Below, piece by piece: positions 1 through 13,240 of a DNA stretch of 64,000 bases. Position 1 is the stretch's first letter; each line of letters opens with the position of its first letter. The notes beneath the pieces are model-generated. The model was given only the letters and a program-made list of their open reading frames with translations, was not told the DNA's origin and searched no databases. Position numbers and translations under genes: made by a program. Source of the stretch: Vitrella brassicaformis CCMP3155 (taxonomy: Eukaryota > Protista > Chromerida). The stretch lies in assembly GCA_001179505.1 (NCBI GenBank), contig CDMY01000646.1:186001-250000 (forward strand), given 5' to 3'.

Positions 1-3000
1 GGTGCGGCGACCCCACGCACACCAACGCCACGAAAGTCTCTCATTGGTGCAAGTCCGCGCACACGGGCGCTGCTATCAGGTACGTGTCTCACACCCATTC
101 ATGTCGGCTACAGAGGGAGGTGGGTTATGTGCGCCTGCGCAGGTCGTGGGTTCATTGCGGTCATCTATGGCGACTTTGGCAAGGAGACACCCTCTGACTC
201 ATTGGCCATCACACGCGCCTTCGCCGTGCCCTCTCTGCCCCCTGCACACCCCCGCACATCCACCATCCGGCCTGCATCGGCGTCAAACACGGCCCCGAGA
301 CGCATGCAGTCGCTGACTGCTCTGCCAGCTATTAGAGGCAAGAAATCGCCCCCGCCGTCATCCATCGATGTCCGGCCGCAGTCATCATTGCAGGGTGTGG
401 GGAAATACGTCGTGAATTTCGCAATGGGGGAGATGGCGGTCATCGATCCAGTCGCCAAGACTGTCGTCTTCTCTCAACCATTGCCTGTGGGGCAGAAGGT
501 ACGTTCCGTGTGGTGAATGCCGTATCGAGACACAAACCTCTGTGTCTCATGCCCATCAGCTGACGGCTCTTGCGTCTCTCCCCTCGATGTCGTCTCTCTC
601 GGTCCGCCAGCCGCCCATCGTGGCCGATCACGCCACATCAGACGGATTCCTCGTCGCCTCAACGTCCACCATCTCACGGGTTGAGTCGCCCGTGGGCGGC
701 GGCACCAAGAGGATCCATCTCACGGCCTGGAAGGCGGGGCAGCCCGTCCAGTCCATCGTACTCACGCGGCAGGTGGTGCGGGAGGCAATCGTCACGCGAA
801 GGGCCCAGTATCTCGAGACAGACGGCGATGAGCAGCACGAGGAATCCCCAATGGTCCAAGCCGCCACCAAGCTGCGGTTCCACACAGAGGCGACACAAGG
901 GCCTGCCGTCGACCGCTTTGGTACGGACGTCTCAAGCATCCTGTTCGAGCTATCCGACAACTCCCCCTCGGCATTCGAGGCCTCCCACGTCCACTGGCTG
1001 AGCCCAACATGCCTTATGGGCCTCATCGGCCCACCCACCACTTCACAGGGGGCGTTCACCATGGTGTTCCGCCTACAGTGGAGCATCGAGAGGCGAGACG
1101 TGCCCAGGTTCATGGCAGTGCCGTGCGGAGTCACTCCGGGGTCCGTGTGCGCATCCCATGCAGTGCGCCAGGGGGTGTTTGACGTGGCTGGGCTGCGGGG
1201 GGAGGGGCGGATGGGGGGCGTCGGGAGGACGGGCCCCCTGTATGTGGTCATCTGCAGGGAGGGAACCGTCCTGATCTACTTCTCTGATGAAGACCAGCTG
1301 GAATCAATGTTAGAGACAGAGAGAGAGAGAGAGAGACAGAGAGAGAGAGACGTGATACGTCTTTTCCAAATGTCAGATGTGTGACGCTCTTTGACGAGAT
1401 GCAGCTGTCCCCCGCCAGCCGGCACAAAAGGTCCACATCGAGAAAGAGCAAAGCCGACGGCCCCATTGCGCGCATCGTTGAGGGGCCGCACACCGACGAC
1501 AGCGACATAGTCGACCCCATTGTGACGGCGGCAGTAGTCTCGGCGCCTTCGTTTCTGTGGGTGTTCTGCGCCTACAAGAGGGGCGATGTGAAGCTCTTCC
1601 AGCTCAATCTTGCCGAGCATGTGACCGCCAAGGTGATCGCGTCGACGCACTTCAAGCACTCATTCGTGCGGCTGATGGTGATCCCACAAGGCCTGGCACA
1701 CACCCAGCCGCAGCCAAAGCCACAGCCGGCCCATGCACCAGCGAAACACCCACACCACCCACAGCAGCAGCAGCAGCCGCAGCCGCAGAGTGACAGCTCG
1801 TCTGACAGCGACACATCATCAGGCGACACCGACATCATCCCAACTTTCACCCTTCAGCGGCCCCGGCCGAAAGTGATGATGAGACACAAACGAGAAAGAC
1901 GGCACTTGCCGTCATACGGTCCACGGAGAGACACTCGCGCATCTGTCACTGAAGACGGGATCAGGCGACGACAGCAGATGGCAAGAGTCGCCGCCCACAG
2001 GCAGCACAGGCAGCTGCACAGCAGCCACAAGGTCTACCGTGATTGCTACCCCGTACCATTCGAGAAACGAGGCTATCGCGGCATCCGGCTGCCAGAACCT
2101 GAAAATGATGACGACACAACAGCGTCACGGCAGCCTCCCGCCCCCCAGCGGTCCCTGGGCAGCGCCAGCGGCTCATCATCACGGCAAGGCCGCGGCAAGG
2201 ACGACGAATCGGCCTTTCAGATGGACTTCCGCTTCACACGCGAAGGAATCCGTCTCCGAGTCCAAGGGATTCTCACAGGCGGCGACCCCACTCTCTTCAC
2301 TACGGCGAGCGGCTTGCGGTTCCGCTGGGGCGACAGCGAGCGGCTGCGTGCCAGCCGGACGAGCACAGGTCTCGAACAGATAGTGCAGCGCGCCATGGAT
2401 GAGCAGAAACAGAAGGACACATTGGAAGAGCTGGAGGGTCGTGGGATGGCCCACGGGCTGGCCATCAACGACTGGACGAAGCGGCAGGGGTGGCTCGGGG
2501 TGGGCGTCAACAACACGGGGGCCCTCGTCATGTTCTTGTACCAGGAGTACAAGTTCCGGAACCTCTTCAACTGCTGGTCGGTGGCCCAAGAAAGAGATGC
2601 TCTTGCTCTGCGTATGTGAGAACGGATGTGTGTGGGTGTGTGGGTGTGTGGGTATGCAGTGAGCAACTCGACCGTGGCAAGTTGATGTGGGACATCGTCA
2701 GCGACGGAGACATACTCGCCGCAATACTTGACGACGGTACCACACAATGTCATAGCGCCTCTCTCACCATACATAACACATTCCCTGGCTGTCTGCTGTG
2801 CTGTGTGTCGTCTGTGCAGGGCGAGTTCGACTGTTTGAGTTTGAGGACCCCTCAGCTGCATTTCTCCCCTTCAACTCGTTCTACATTGCCGAGGGGCCGC
2901 ATTTGGTGCCGCCGGCACCCTTCCCAAACCCCGAATCGTGCTCCCCACACCCAGCCGCCAAAGACAACCGTCCCAGCCTGGCAGAGATATTGACCATGCC

Positions 3001-3028
3001 GGCGTCTAAGAGGGAGAGCGTAGCTTGA
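1..3028 (+). CDS. Multi-exon hypothetical protein, 5'-truncated by the window edge
   Basis: Long same-strand ORFs (127-516, 542-1384, 1381-2619, 2798-3028) can be joined by short GT-AG introns; ends ...LTMPASKRESVA*. No family recognised. Confidence 0.6.
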
Positions 3029-3270
3029 AGGGTGATGCATGACATTAATGACACACGTAGAGACATGACTGCACTATCTCTTTGTCAGTCAATCGCGTCA
3101 CGCAAATCTCGCCCCATAGAAGAAATCTCGCCTCATCTGATGTCTCGGTGCGGGCGACAGTGTAGCAAAGTCAGCCAATGTCATCCCCTTCACATCATCG
3201 CCGCCTGGATGACGGGATACCCAGCAAGCCGGGTCACCCTCTCCAGCACAGCACCAAGCTGCAGACACAT

Positions 3271-3863
3271 TCAGACACGTGAGTGCAGCTCTGCCATCTG
3301 CGAGGGGGGGTTCTCTCTCCCGTGGAACACATGTCCCACCCGCAGCCCGTCCGTCTGCACCGAGCAGTCGAAATCCCCCGTCAGAATGGAGCCGCTCTCC
3401 CTGTGCTCTGCCTCCAGCCGCAGCGGGTGCTTGCGCATCGGCTTGGCGGCCCCTTCGACCCGCCCCATTGCCGCAGCGGTGATCCCCACCGACGGCCAGA
3501 CAACCGGCGGCAGATCTTTCTCCATTTCTTCGTCATCGCGCCTGTCTCTGAGCTCGTCTTTCAAGATCACCTCAGCCACCAGAGTCGCCACCTGATTCTC
3601 TCACTGCGCAGCACACATGCTGTACTCGAGAACCCGGCACAGGAAGAGTCCTCTGATGGCCTAGTGGGTGGACTCGATAGCGTCTCCCAGCTGGTTGCAC
3701 ATTATCAGATTAGTGATCTTGAGCAGCTCCTTCAGACACCGCTGCAGGCCCCTTGCATTGTCGCGGCGAGCAGTGTTGGTCCGTCCATCTGCACAATCCA
3801 CCAGAGAACAGAGGCGGGGAAGATACCAATTGAAGATGGAAACATGCTGGTCAACAGGCCCAT
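3271..3863 (-). CDS. Possible small multi-exon hypothetical gene divergent from the gene at 4036
   Basis: ATG at 3863 plus a phase-1 GT-AG intron gives MGLLTSMFPSSIDGRTNTARRD...; an exon-like ORF at 3271-3591 follows a CAG acceptor. I could not join all pieces in frame. Confidence 0.25.
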
Positions 3864-4035
3864 GCGTCAGGACTCCAGGGTGAGACGGCGGGGGGCGAGC
3901 TCACCCCCCACGCGTGACGATCGTCGCGGGGAGGCGGTACACGTCCTTTCTCTTAGTTTGAGGTGAGGTGTAGGCCGAATATCATTTCCCTCTCGGTGCA
4001 GACACTCATTTTCCCTCTTCGTAGGTGTTGTCGTG

Positions 4036-5957
4036 ATGGGCTGCTTACCAACCAAGGAGGCCAAGCCCAAGAGGGCCAGCAACTTCCAGGAGGCCCTGGG
4101 GGTGAGTGACGCACACACATAGGCCACACACAGACCCACAGCCCACACGCCGCCATCCCACGGATGCATCCGACGGTCATCTGCCCCTGGTGTGTGGGCG
4201 TGGATGCGTTTCAGATACTGTGCGATAAGCGCGCCGAGGATAGCGAGGGCAACGGTACCACCGAGGGCGAAATAAGCACTGAAACAAATGCGTTTTCGCG
4301 GATGCATTCATTCGATGGATGCGTCTTGTGGTGTGGTGTGGTGGTGGGTGTTGTGTTGGGTGTGGTTAATGCAGTTGACGCTGAGAAGTCCAAGGCTGAG
4401 GCTGACGAGTTGTTGGGCAAGTACAAGCCAAAGGAGGGCAACGAGTGGACTCAGAAGAAGGAACGCACCGAACTCCGCAAATTCGCCATGGTACCTACGC
4501 GACCGCTTCGTGTGTGTGATGTGATGTCGCCCGTGTCGATAATCGTGCAAGCGTGGATCCATCCATTGTGGTGTGTTGTGTTGGTGTTGTTGGTTTGCTG
4601 GTGTGGCTGGTGTGTTCAGGACATGTGTGTGCGCGAGAGTTGGGACAAGGAGCTGGTGGACACGGTGTTCCCCGACGAGATCGAGGACTATCAGATGAAG
4701 GACACCAAAATACCCGGTGGGTACACTGCACAACACACACACACACACACACACACGACACGTGTACCCACGTGTATGTGTATGTGCGCGTGTTGTCAGA
4801 GTGCGATGAGGTGTTTGCGGAGGCTGGCGAGCCGTTCAAGACCCTGCTCAAGTTGCGCGCCCAGATGGACGAGGGCCACTCGGCCATGGTCGAGGGGTGC
4901 AAGTTCGGCAAGGAGTGCAAGGACATCAAACAGGCCTGCGCAAACCTCAAAGGTCACCCACACACACACACACACACCACCCCACACACGCGCCCCAACA
5001 CACCTACCTCTCTGTGTGTGCGTGTGTGTGCGCAGAGGAGGCCAAGGAGATGCAGATCGTAGTGACCACCACTGGTCGGTTCTCGCACAACCACCGAGGG
5101 AGGGAGGGAGGGCCCACAGAGGAGACGAGACAACAACCATGTGTGTGGCGCACTCGTGAGTGTCGTGGGTGTGTGTGTGGGTGTGTGCCTTTAGAGGAGG
5201 GTGAGTTGGACATATCCTCTCCGGACGCGGAGGGCCCCGTGGCCACCGCCATGGAGTCCATCAAGACATACGCTAGCGCCTGCCTCAAGGTCAGTCACCT
5301 CCTCTTTCACACACAGCACGACACATAGTCCTTGACGATGGACGACACCACCACGGTATCCGTGTGCTCGTGTGTGTTTTGTAGGCTAACAAGGAACTCC
5401 CTGGGTGAGCGGCCGGCACCACCATGGGCAACGGAACACACACACACACACACCAAGAGGGAGAGGGAGAGAGAGAGAGAGGGAGAGAGGGAGAGGGGGA
5501 GACGGCCACAGACACACAACGAAGGTGTAATCTGTGTGTGTGTCGGTCTGTTTGTTCAGGTTGAAGGACAAGTTCACTGTGGTGTCGGACAAGGGCAAGG
5601 AGCTCCTCCCCAAGGTCAAGGACATGGCCAAAACACACGGCCTCGAGAAGAAGGATATCAACCCCGCCGTAAGTAACCAAACCACACACTCAACACGCCA
5701 CACACACACACACAGCCACATGTCCGCATCTGTCAATCTCCTGTGTGTGTGTGTGTGTGGTGGTTTTAGGTCCACGCCGCTAAGAAGAACGTGCACAGCC
5801 TGGCGAACTTGCTGGAGGTCATCGACCGCACATCCGACGAGGCCAAGAAGGCGGGCGAAGACGTCGCGGTCAGTCAGTCAGTGACGAATAATTACATATG
5901 CCACGCCACACAGTGCCCATGCAGCCGTCCTCCCTCTCCCTCCCCTCTCTCTCTCTG

Positions 5958-5993
<36 letters not shown>

Positions 5994-6028
5994 TGTGTCA
6001 GGAGTCCACCAAGACTCTCAAGACCTAG
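4036..6028 (+). CDS. Multi-exon charged/helical protein with N-terminal MGC acylation motif
   Basis: Exon 1 MGCLPTKEAKPKRASNFQEALG; later exons (VDAEKSKAEADELLGK..., ECDEVFAEAGEPFK..., LKDKFTVVSDKGK...) are flanked by canonical splice sites; last exon ESTKTLKT* ends 6028. Confidence 0.7.
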
Positions 6029-7241
6029 ATAGATAACACAACACACCCCACCTAACAAACCAAACACACCGATACACACCGACCGATGGCTTGCCCGCCC
6101 GCCCGCCACACACATTTCTTGTACAAAGCACACACACACAGATAGCTGAATGCCTGCCTGCCTGCCTGCCTGGAGTGAGTGCTGATGTGTGTGCCAGCAC
6201 GTGTGCTTACACACGGGCTGGCACACACACGCACGGACACGAAGTAGTCAGAGAGATACATACAGAGGAGAAGAAACCACACACACATACACACAGATAC
6301 CGGTCGTTTCTTTTCTCGCCAGCCTGGCCGGGAGGAGAGTGGGGGTATTTCTATATGTGTGTGTGTGTGAATGTTGTGTTGTGGTGTGGTGTGACGTGTT
6401 GTGCTGCATAGGACGTTCCTCCCTTCATGCGCGCGTGTGTGAATGGCTGGATGCGTTGCCTGCATTGCGTGCATTGCCTGCGTCGCGCTGCTTTCTTTTT
6501 CTAACATTTCGTCTGCCCCTTGGTTGCCTTGTCTCATAGCATTTATCGACCTGCCTGTCGACCTGCCTGGATGGATGGATGGATGGACGGCCGCCTTTTG
6601 TTGACTACTAAGACCTCCACCCACACCCACCACACACACACAGACACAACCGCCCATCTGTCTATCTGTCCGGCTGTTTGTCTGGCTGACGAGTGAATGC
6701 GCCCACACGAATTAATTAAATGGCCGGATGGATCGGTGCAGTCCCTCTCTGCGATGGTCTGTCTCCTCTCCCTCTTTATCTTTCGGTGTCTGTCTGTCAT
6801 TCTGTCTGTCTGTCTTTTTCCGACTGCCATCCATGCTGATGGATCGATCGATTCGATGGTGTGTTGTGTATATAAGAATACATACACATACATGTTGGTA
6901 TGGTGTGTGTGGTACCTACCTTGGATGGAGTTGATCAGATCAATGGGGTGATGATGATGGAAGTGGTATGGCTGCCGGCTGCTGCATCGATGGTGTGGTG
7001 TGGTGTGGTGTGCTGTGTCGTGCGTGGGAGACCCGATACTTCGCAGGAAGATATGATAGTCAACGAGATCCCCCCGTCATTGAGAAGAACAAGAACGACA
7101 AAAACGAAAAGTCATCGCATCCCATGCACACACGCCCAGAGAGTCTTCGCACATTCATGAATGAAGACAGACACCCACCACACAACACAACACAACACAA
7201 GCGCACAAACACACCACAGCGCCACCCCATCCCGCCTCTCT

Positions 7242-9890
7242 CTATCTCTTGCTGCTGCTCTTGGCCACTTCGTCAATCGCTTCTTTGACCTTGCACCACA
7301 CATCCTTCTCGCCAATCTCCCCAAGACCACCCCCAGCCATCACGCCCCGAAACACCACCCCCCCACTGACCTGCCTCTCCTTGACGCCCTTCCCCCTACC
7401 CCCCACACCCACTCTCCTCAACACGTCCGCCACCCATCGCCACGCCTCCTGGCAGAGACGCAGAAAGGGCTCGGGCAGCATGTTGTCAGTCTGCTGCTGC
7501 GGCTGCTGCTGCTGCTGCATGAGCATCACCACCTGCGCCCCCGGGCGCATGAAGGGGTACATCTGTGCGGCATCGCGTGAATGGCGGCCGCTGCTGACGA
7601 CCAGGACGGATGTGACGGCCGCGAGGTTGACCAGGTCTGGGTATGTGAGTGTGTCGAAGAAGGTGACCTCGATGCTCCACCCCTGATAAGAGCCGGGTGT
7701 GGTGACCAGCTGCCGCTGCAGGTGCTTGATGATCGACAGCTCTCTTGGGAGGTCTGGCTGGCCGTCGATGGGGCACTGCCACTCGCCCTTCCCTTCGCCC
7801 CCATTGGCGAGTGTGCATGGCAGAGAAGAGGCGAACACGATGTGTCTCGGTGGCGGGTCGATGAAGAGCCGTGTGTCTCTCCTGATGGGCAAAGGGCCGG
7901 AGAGAGAGGGGAGAGTCGTGGGGGATGAGCACAGCAGCTGATAGTCTTCCTCGTCCATCAAGGCGGTCTCGGTCTCGTTCTCGCCATGTGTGTCGATGAA
8001 GGACTCTGATGCCTTTGCCGGCTTTGTGTCCTCCTGCCGCTGTACCGACTCCAGGTGCCTCTGTAGGCCGTCCTTGCCCAGCTTGGTCATTTTGGTCGTC
8101 TTCTGCTGGGCATACTTTCCCCTAGCAAGCATCTCGCACACACCCCTGCGCACACATTTGCGCGTCAGGGGGACCGTCGCCACCTCGCCGCTGCTGACAG
8201 CAGGAGGGGCCTTGGTAGGTGGTGTGGCGGACTCAGCGGCCTCTTGCTGCTGCTGCTGCTGCTGCTGAAGGATGAAAGACGACAGCACGTGTTGGCGATA
8301 GGCATACAGCAAAGCGGACCGGCAGCCGACATACCGCGGCACCAGTGGCGGGGGCAGCTGTGCGGCAGGCTTGACGAGGACGGCGTGAAAGAGGTCAAAA
8401 GGCGGCCGTCTCGGGGCCGTCTTGAGCACCGCCAGCTTGCGGAAACAATGTGGGTACCGATACGAGGGGTACAAAACGGGCACATCCTCGCCCAGAAACA
8501 CACTGGGGGTCGTATTGGGCAAAGAATATCGGCGTGCGGGCGGGGAAGAGTCTCGACCAGAATGAGGCGAACGGGCCGGCGGGGTGTCCGTCGATGGCCA
8601 CGAACTGTGCGGTCCAGAAGGGGAAGTCGATCACCCCGAGGGCGACGTAGGCCGCGATGCCGTCCATCTGGAGGCTGGACAATTCACTGCCTTGCCTGAT
8701 ATCGCAATGGGGAGACATATACATTTGTCGGTGTGTGGCTCCGTGTCTCTCTGATCGACCTCGCCATTGCGAAAACGGGCTGCTCCACCCATTCCTTCTC
8801 CTCGCAGCTGACGTCACCTGCACGTCACCGCACAAGCACGTGTCTGTCGCCCATGTGAGCAGTCTTGTTCGTTGCCAATGTCCCTCACCTGAGTAGATCA
8901 CCGCCCGCCTCACCGCTTTGTCCGGCGTCTCCTTCCCACCACCCTTGACGCCCTCCTTCTGCGCGTCCTTTGCTGTGCCGATCTTCCAATCAGCATAGAG
9001 GGGGTCCGTTGTGGGCAGCGGTGAAGAGTGGTCCTCGATGCACGCCGCGCTGATGCAGCGGGCTGGCAACGGAGACGCGCCGAGGTCGGTGAGGTTCACT
9101 TTGACGTTCTCGTAGACACACAACTGGTCTCGTGGGTCGGCCGATATGTCGTAGCAGTTGATGGTGGAGTGCAGGGCCTTCCGCAGCTGGATCCAGTTGC
9201 TCGAAGACGTGTCGAGCGGCATGGCCGTGAAATGGCTCGGCGGCCCACCACGGGCCTCCCCACCGTCCCTTATGTCTTCGGGGGGTCTCTTCTTTTCTGC
9301 CACAGCCGGCACCGGCTGCTGTGCGTCGGGGAGGGAGGGAGACGGCTCGCTTCTCTCCCTGCTGCTCCACTCGAACATGTCGTCCCCTCGTGCATGCGGC
9401 GAAGGAGTGAAAGTGTCCTTCTGCCTGCCGGTGGTGGTGTGACCTCTTGGCCGCGGAAGGAAGAACTCCGCAAACAGACGGAGGAACCGCTTTGCCGTGA
9501 AGTGCAGCTGCTCGCTGCGGTCTCTGAGGAGGCTTGTGCACTGCTGCGAGCGGGTGGAGCGATACCGGTCAACCAAGGGCAAACCTGCGCAGGCGAGATA
9601 CATATTGACGTCAAGAGGTGCTCCACAGCGTGTACGTGTCCTTGTTCTTCTCGACCTGCGTATCTGCGGCAGAATGCCGACTCGGCCACAGCATTGTCTG
9701 CCGCCCATATCTCCTCGTAGATGGCGGGGAGGGAGTGCCCGACCATCCTGGATAGCGGCGAGGGCACCAGAGACGCCGGCGTCCTCCTTTGTCTGCGGCT
9801 TCTGTCGTCCCGGTGCCACTGCCCTCTCCCATGTCGCTGTCGCTGCTGCCGGCGGGTGGTACCGGTGAGTGTGCCATTGTCTACGGCCAT
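7242..9890 (-). CDS. Divergent glycosyltransferase family 61 (DUF563/EOGT-like) protein, with a frame disruption near 8520
   Basis: Spliced product contains LCVYENV, HCFRKLAVL and VLVVSSG...MYPFMRPGAQVVML, resembling the GT61 consensus vgvHGAgltn-lFm-pga-viE. The ORFs 8395-9948 and 7242-8522 are in different frames. Confidence 0.45.
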
Positions 9891-10240
9891 AGATGATGGA
9901 CGTTTCAGGCCTCCTTCCAGTGCAGCTGCAGCGCCTGACGACAGGCATAAGGAAGGAGCTCAGCCTGATGCATGTTGCAGTGCAAAGTGCGTGCAGTCAC
10001 CTGCCAAGAGCGTCATGAGAAGAGCGCAGCACGACAGCCTCCGCTGCACCCTCCTCCTCAGCATTGATGTGACGTTGGTGAGAGAGACTCCGGAAGAGAC
10101 TGCCTATGGGGGCAGATGAAAATCGGTGAAATCGCTGAGATGAAGACAGTTTCTCAATCAGTCTGGTACGGGGAACTTTGAGGGCGGACCGATTAGCACT
10201 GATTGGCACGTTTTTTTCAGGGCGATCCATCTGCAAGCTC

Positions 10241-10248
10241 AGCTCGCA
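10241..10248 (+). promoter_or_regulatory. AGCTCGCA candidate promoter element
   Basis: Exact 8-mer about 40 nt upstream of the OSCP ATG. Confidence 0.4.
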
Positions 10249-10288
10249 CCACAGTGGTGAAGCAGAAGATCCGAGGCTGTGGTGATCA

Positions 10289-11176
10289 ATGTACCGCAGC
10301 GCATTGTCCCGGCTGTCGAATGGCGTGGCGTCGCGGCGGCATCTGCCAGCCGCCCTTCGCCCAGCCTTCACTCGCGGCATGGCGGATGTGGACGACAAGA
10401 GCCTCGAGGGTCGGTATGCCAACGCCCTCTTCCAGGCGGCGAGCAGAAAGAAGATCCTCGACAAGGTGTTCGGGGACCTGGAGCAGATCCGCGACTCCAT
10501 AGCAGAGTCCAAGGAGTTCAAGCTGTTCGTCGAGACGCCCGGCATCCCCACAGACATCAAGGGCACCGTGTTCGGATCCATCGCACAGAAGGTAGTCGTC
10601 GGTAGTGGCTGGAAGATCTCGGTGAGTGATGTGTGTGTGTTGGGTGTGTGTTGGTCAGTATCAGTTTCAGGATGTGACGGTGAATTTCCTGAAGGTGCTG
10701 ATGGAGAACCGTCGAGTGGGGATGCTGCAGAAGGTCATCGACGTGTTTGAGGACTTCTTCAGAGCCCACAAGGGAGAGGTCAAGTGCAAAGTCACATCAG
10801 CTAAGGTGGGTGCGGCACGCAGCGCCGGCCGACACAGACAGAGGACACACTGCGTCTGTCTGTCTATGTGTCTTTGCTGCAGCCGCTGTCAGCAGCTGAG
10901 AGCAAGGAGATCGAGGCCGCCCTTAAGAAGCGCGCTGGAAAGGACGCCAAACTCATAATGGAGTGGAACACATCACCAGCCATCATGGTAAATGATCTCT
11001 CTCACACGCACATACACACACACACACACGCACGAAGGCAGCCGCTCTCTCTCTTTCCCCCGTGTGTCTGTGGTCCGCAGGGTGGCCTGGTGGTCAAGTT
11101 GGGCGACCAGGTGTTGGATTTTTCCGTGCAGAGCAAAATAGAGAGGCTGCAGTCACAGCTCATGAACCCTGTGTGA
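10289..11176 (+). CDS. ATP5O: Mitochondrial ATP synthase OSCP subunit (bacterial delta homolog), 4 exons
   Basis: Arg/Ser-rich presequence, then EGRYANALFQAA...TVNFLKVLMENRR...EVKCKVTSAKPLS...IMGGLVVKLGDQVLDFSVQSKIERL; three in-phase GT-AG introns. Confidence 0.97.
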
Positions 11177-11440
11177 CTCTGCCTGCTCGCTGGTTTGAGT
11201 GAGACGGTGCGAGCGACCGACCGAGTTAAGAGAGAGATGGGGCTCTTGGTTTTGTTTTGCAGCGTCTTTTATCACGTTTTGTCTACAACGAGGCACTTGA
11301 CCAAAAAAATGATCTGTCTTAGCTCGTCCATGTGCCCGTTCACTGCATTCATATGGCCTGACTTTTTGGCACGCTGAGGACGCTCCCTCAAACACAGCTG
11401 TGCCGCTCTCCACGGTAGGAAACCATCAACGAGAATACAC

Positions 11441-11473
<33 letters not shown>

Positions 11474-11748
11474 CGGTTGCACACTAACGAAGGGCACTGC
11501 ACCGATCAGGTCAGACGAGTCATAAACAGTGGCGTTTGGGGAGTCTCGAGGGCGAGGCAACCACACGGAAGGACACACTCACCCATATACACGCAAGGCT
11601 ACTCTTTCGACAAATCGACACACAACTTGAGCAAAGTGACGAGAGGCCATCGATTATGGACCTCAATAAATATGATTCAGTCTACAAGCCCCCCCCCTCC
11701 GCTCCAACACACACACACACACGTCACGCGTCGCATGTCCCTAGCTGG

Positions 11749-12886
11749 CTATGCCAGTGCATAGGCTTCCAACTCATCGAGATCGAAGTACCACCCCCTG
11801 ACACTCGCAGGGGAAAAGCACGCCGGAGACCTGTTCGTCTCACAGCCGGGCACGTGCACCACGGCCCTCTCCCAGGTCGGCCACAAGCTGGACGGCGCAA
11901 AGGCGTGGCATCGCTTCAGCGAGTGCAGCATCGCGACATTGACTGAAGGGGGGCGCTGGCCGGCCGATGAGGGGAGGATGCCCAGGGTGAAGCCCGACAC
12001 GGCGAGGAGTGCCCTCATGGTGGTGCCTCTGGCTGTGATGTCGTCGACCCCACACCACTGCTGCATCCCAGCCAGATACATCTCACTGCCCCCTAGAAGG
12101 GCTCCCTGGTGTCGATACCCGGCCGGCCCCTTGAGCTTGAACACGGACGTCCTGGCTTCCAGCTTGGATGCGTTGTCGGCCGTCACGTCGATCTTGCCAG
12201 CAATGGCCACGGCGAAGAACTCCCCAGTGCCCTCCACGCGACCCACGAGCAGCAGAGGCGAGCGGCCATTGGTCGCACCGAGAAAATGCCCCCATTGCCA
12301 GCCATGCTCTGACGCACGGTAGATGCGCCTGATTGGCTCCCCCAGCCGTGCTGGAATCGCCCGTGGATGCGCCACATGGGGGTCGAGGTCGTCGGTGGCT
12401 TCGACTGGGTTCCATGTGGAGTTTCGGATAAAGTCAATATGCTCCTGCGTGAGCAGCCAGTCTCCCTCTCCCGGCGACAGGTAGACGCTCGAGTCGATGC
12501 CGAAGAGGTCCAGAGGCCGACTGCACGGACACACACAACACACGATCCATCCATCCAGGGAGTCAGTCAGTCTGTGTGTCTTGGGTGTGGCTGCCTGAGC
12601 GAACGCCTCACCTTTGGCCTTCGGCCGCATCGGTCACATCGGATGTCGAGGGCCGCGTCGATGGCTCTCGCTCCGGCTCGCTGACAGCACTCGACATCGC
12701 GGTGGCGGCAGACGGGATGGTGACTGAGGCGGGCTGCGCGGGCGGCACTGCGGTGCTGACGTGAACGCTGGGCGTACGAGAATGCCTCTGTCTCGCAGCC
12801 TCTTCCCGTGATGCTGCCAGCCGTCTTGTCCGGATCCTCATTACTCGCGGGAAAAGGTACATCGCTGCCACTCTCAGAAGATCCAT
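11749..12886 (-). CDS. TLDc-like domain protein (copy 1)
   Basis: RIYRASEHGW...SPLLLVGRVEGTGEFF...DLDELEAY matches the TLDc pattern; a phase-2 intron (about 12521-12611) joins the upstream ORF in frame. The start may instead be the ATG at 12697. Confidence 0.6.
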
Positions 12887-12953
12887 CGGCAGGGGAAGCT
12901 CTTGACGCGAATAGACCGTGCGAAGACACGCAGGCTTAAGATCTGCGCTTCTC

Positions 12954-12961
12954 AGCTCGCA
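12954..12961 (+). promoter_or_regulatory. AGCTCGCA candidate promoter element
   Basis: Lies between the divergent TLDc and CCCH gene starts. Confidence 0.4.
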
Positions 12962-13240
12962 GTGTAAACGCGTTTCGTTCGATGACGATGCTTCTTTGAG
13001 GCTTCAGGCCTCATAGTAGAGGCAGCAAGGGAGGCGAGGGAAGTGTGGGGCCTGCTCATCCACCCATGTGAAGATGCCGCCGTGAGTGAGATGGTGGCGG
13101 TGATGCGGTGCTTGTTGAGCTCCGTAGTTCCCGAGAGGTGGCTGAAGGCAGCCGCCCCTCACCCATAGGACGGCTCTCTATCCATCAGCCCGTTGTACAG
13201 ATCTGTTTCGTGTTTTCTCTTCTTTGTCTGGGGTTGGCTG

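Noticed and set aside
6050-7240. Many short ORFs rich in CV/HT/TDRQ repeats (also 15600-17560, 19250-20500, 43100-44450)
   Set aside because: Translations of (GT)n, (CA)n and (GACA)n microsatellites; no coherent gene model could be supported.
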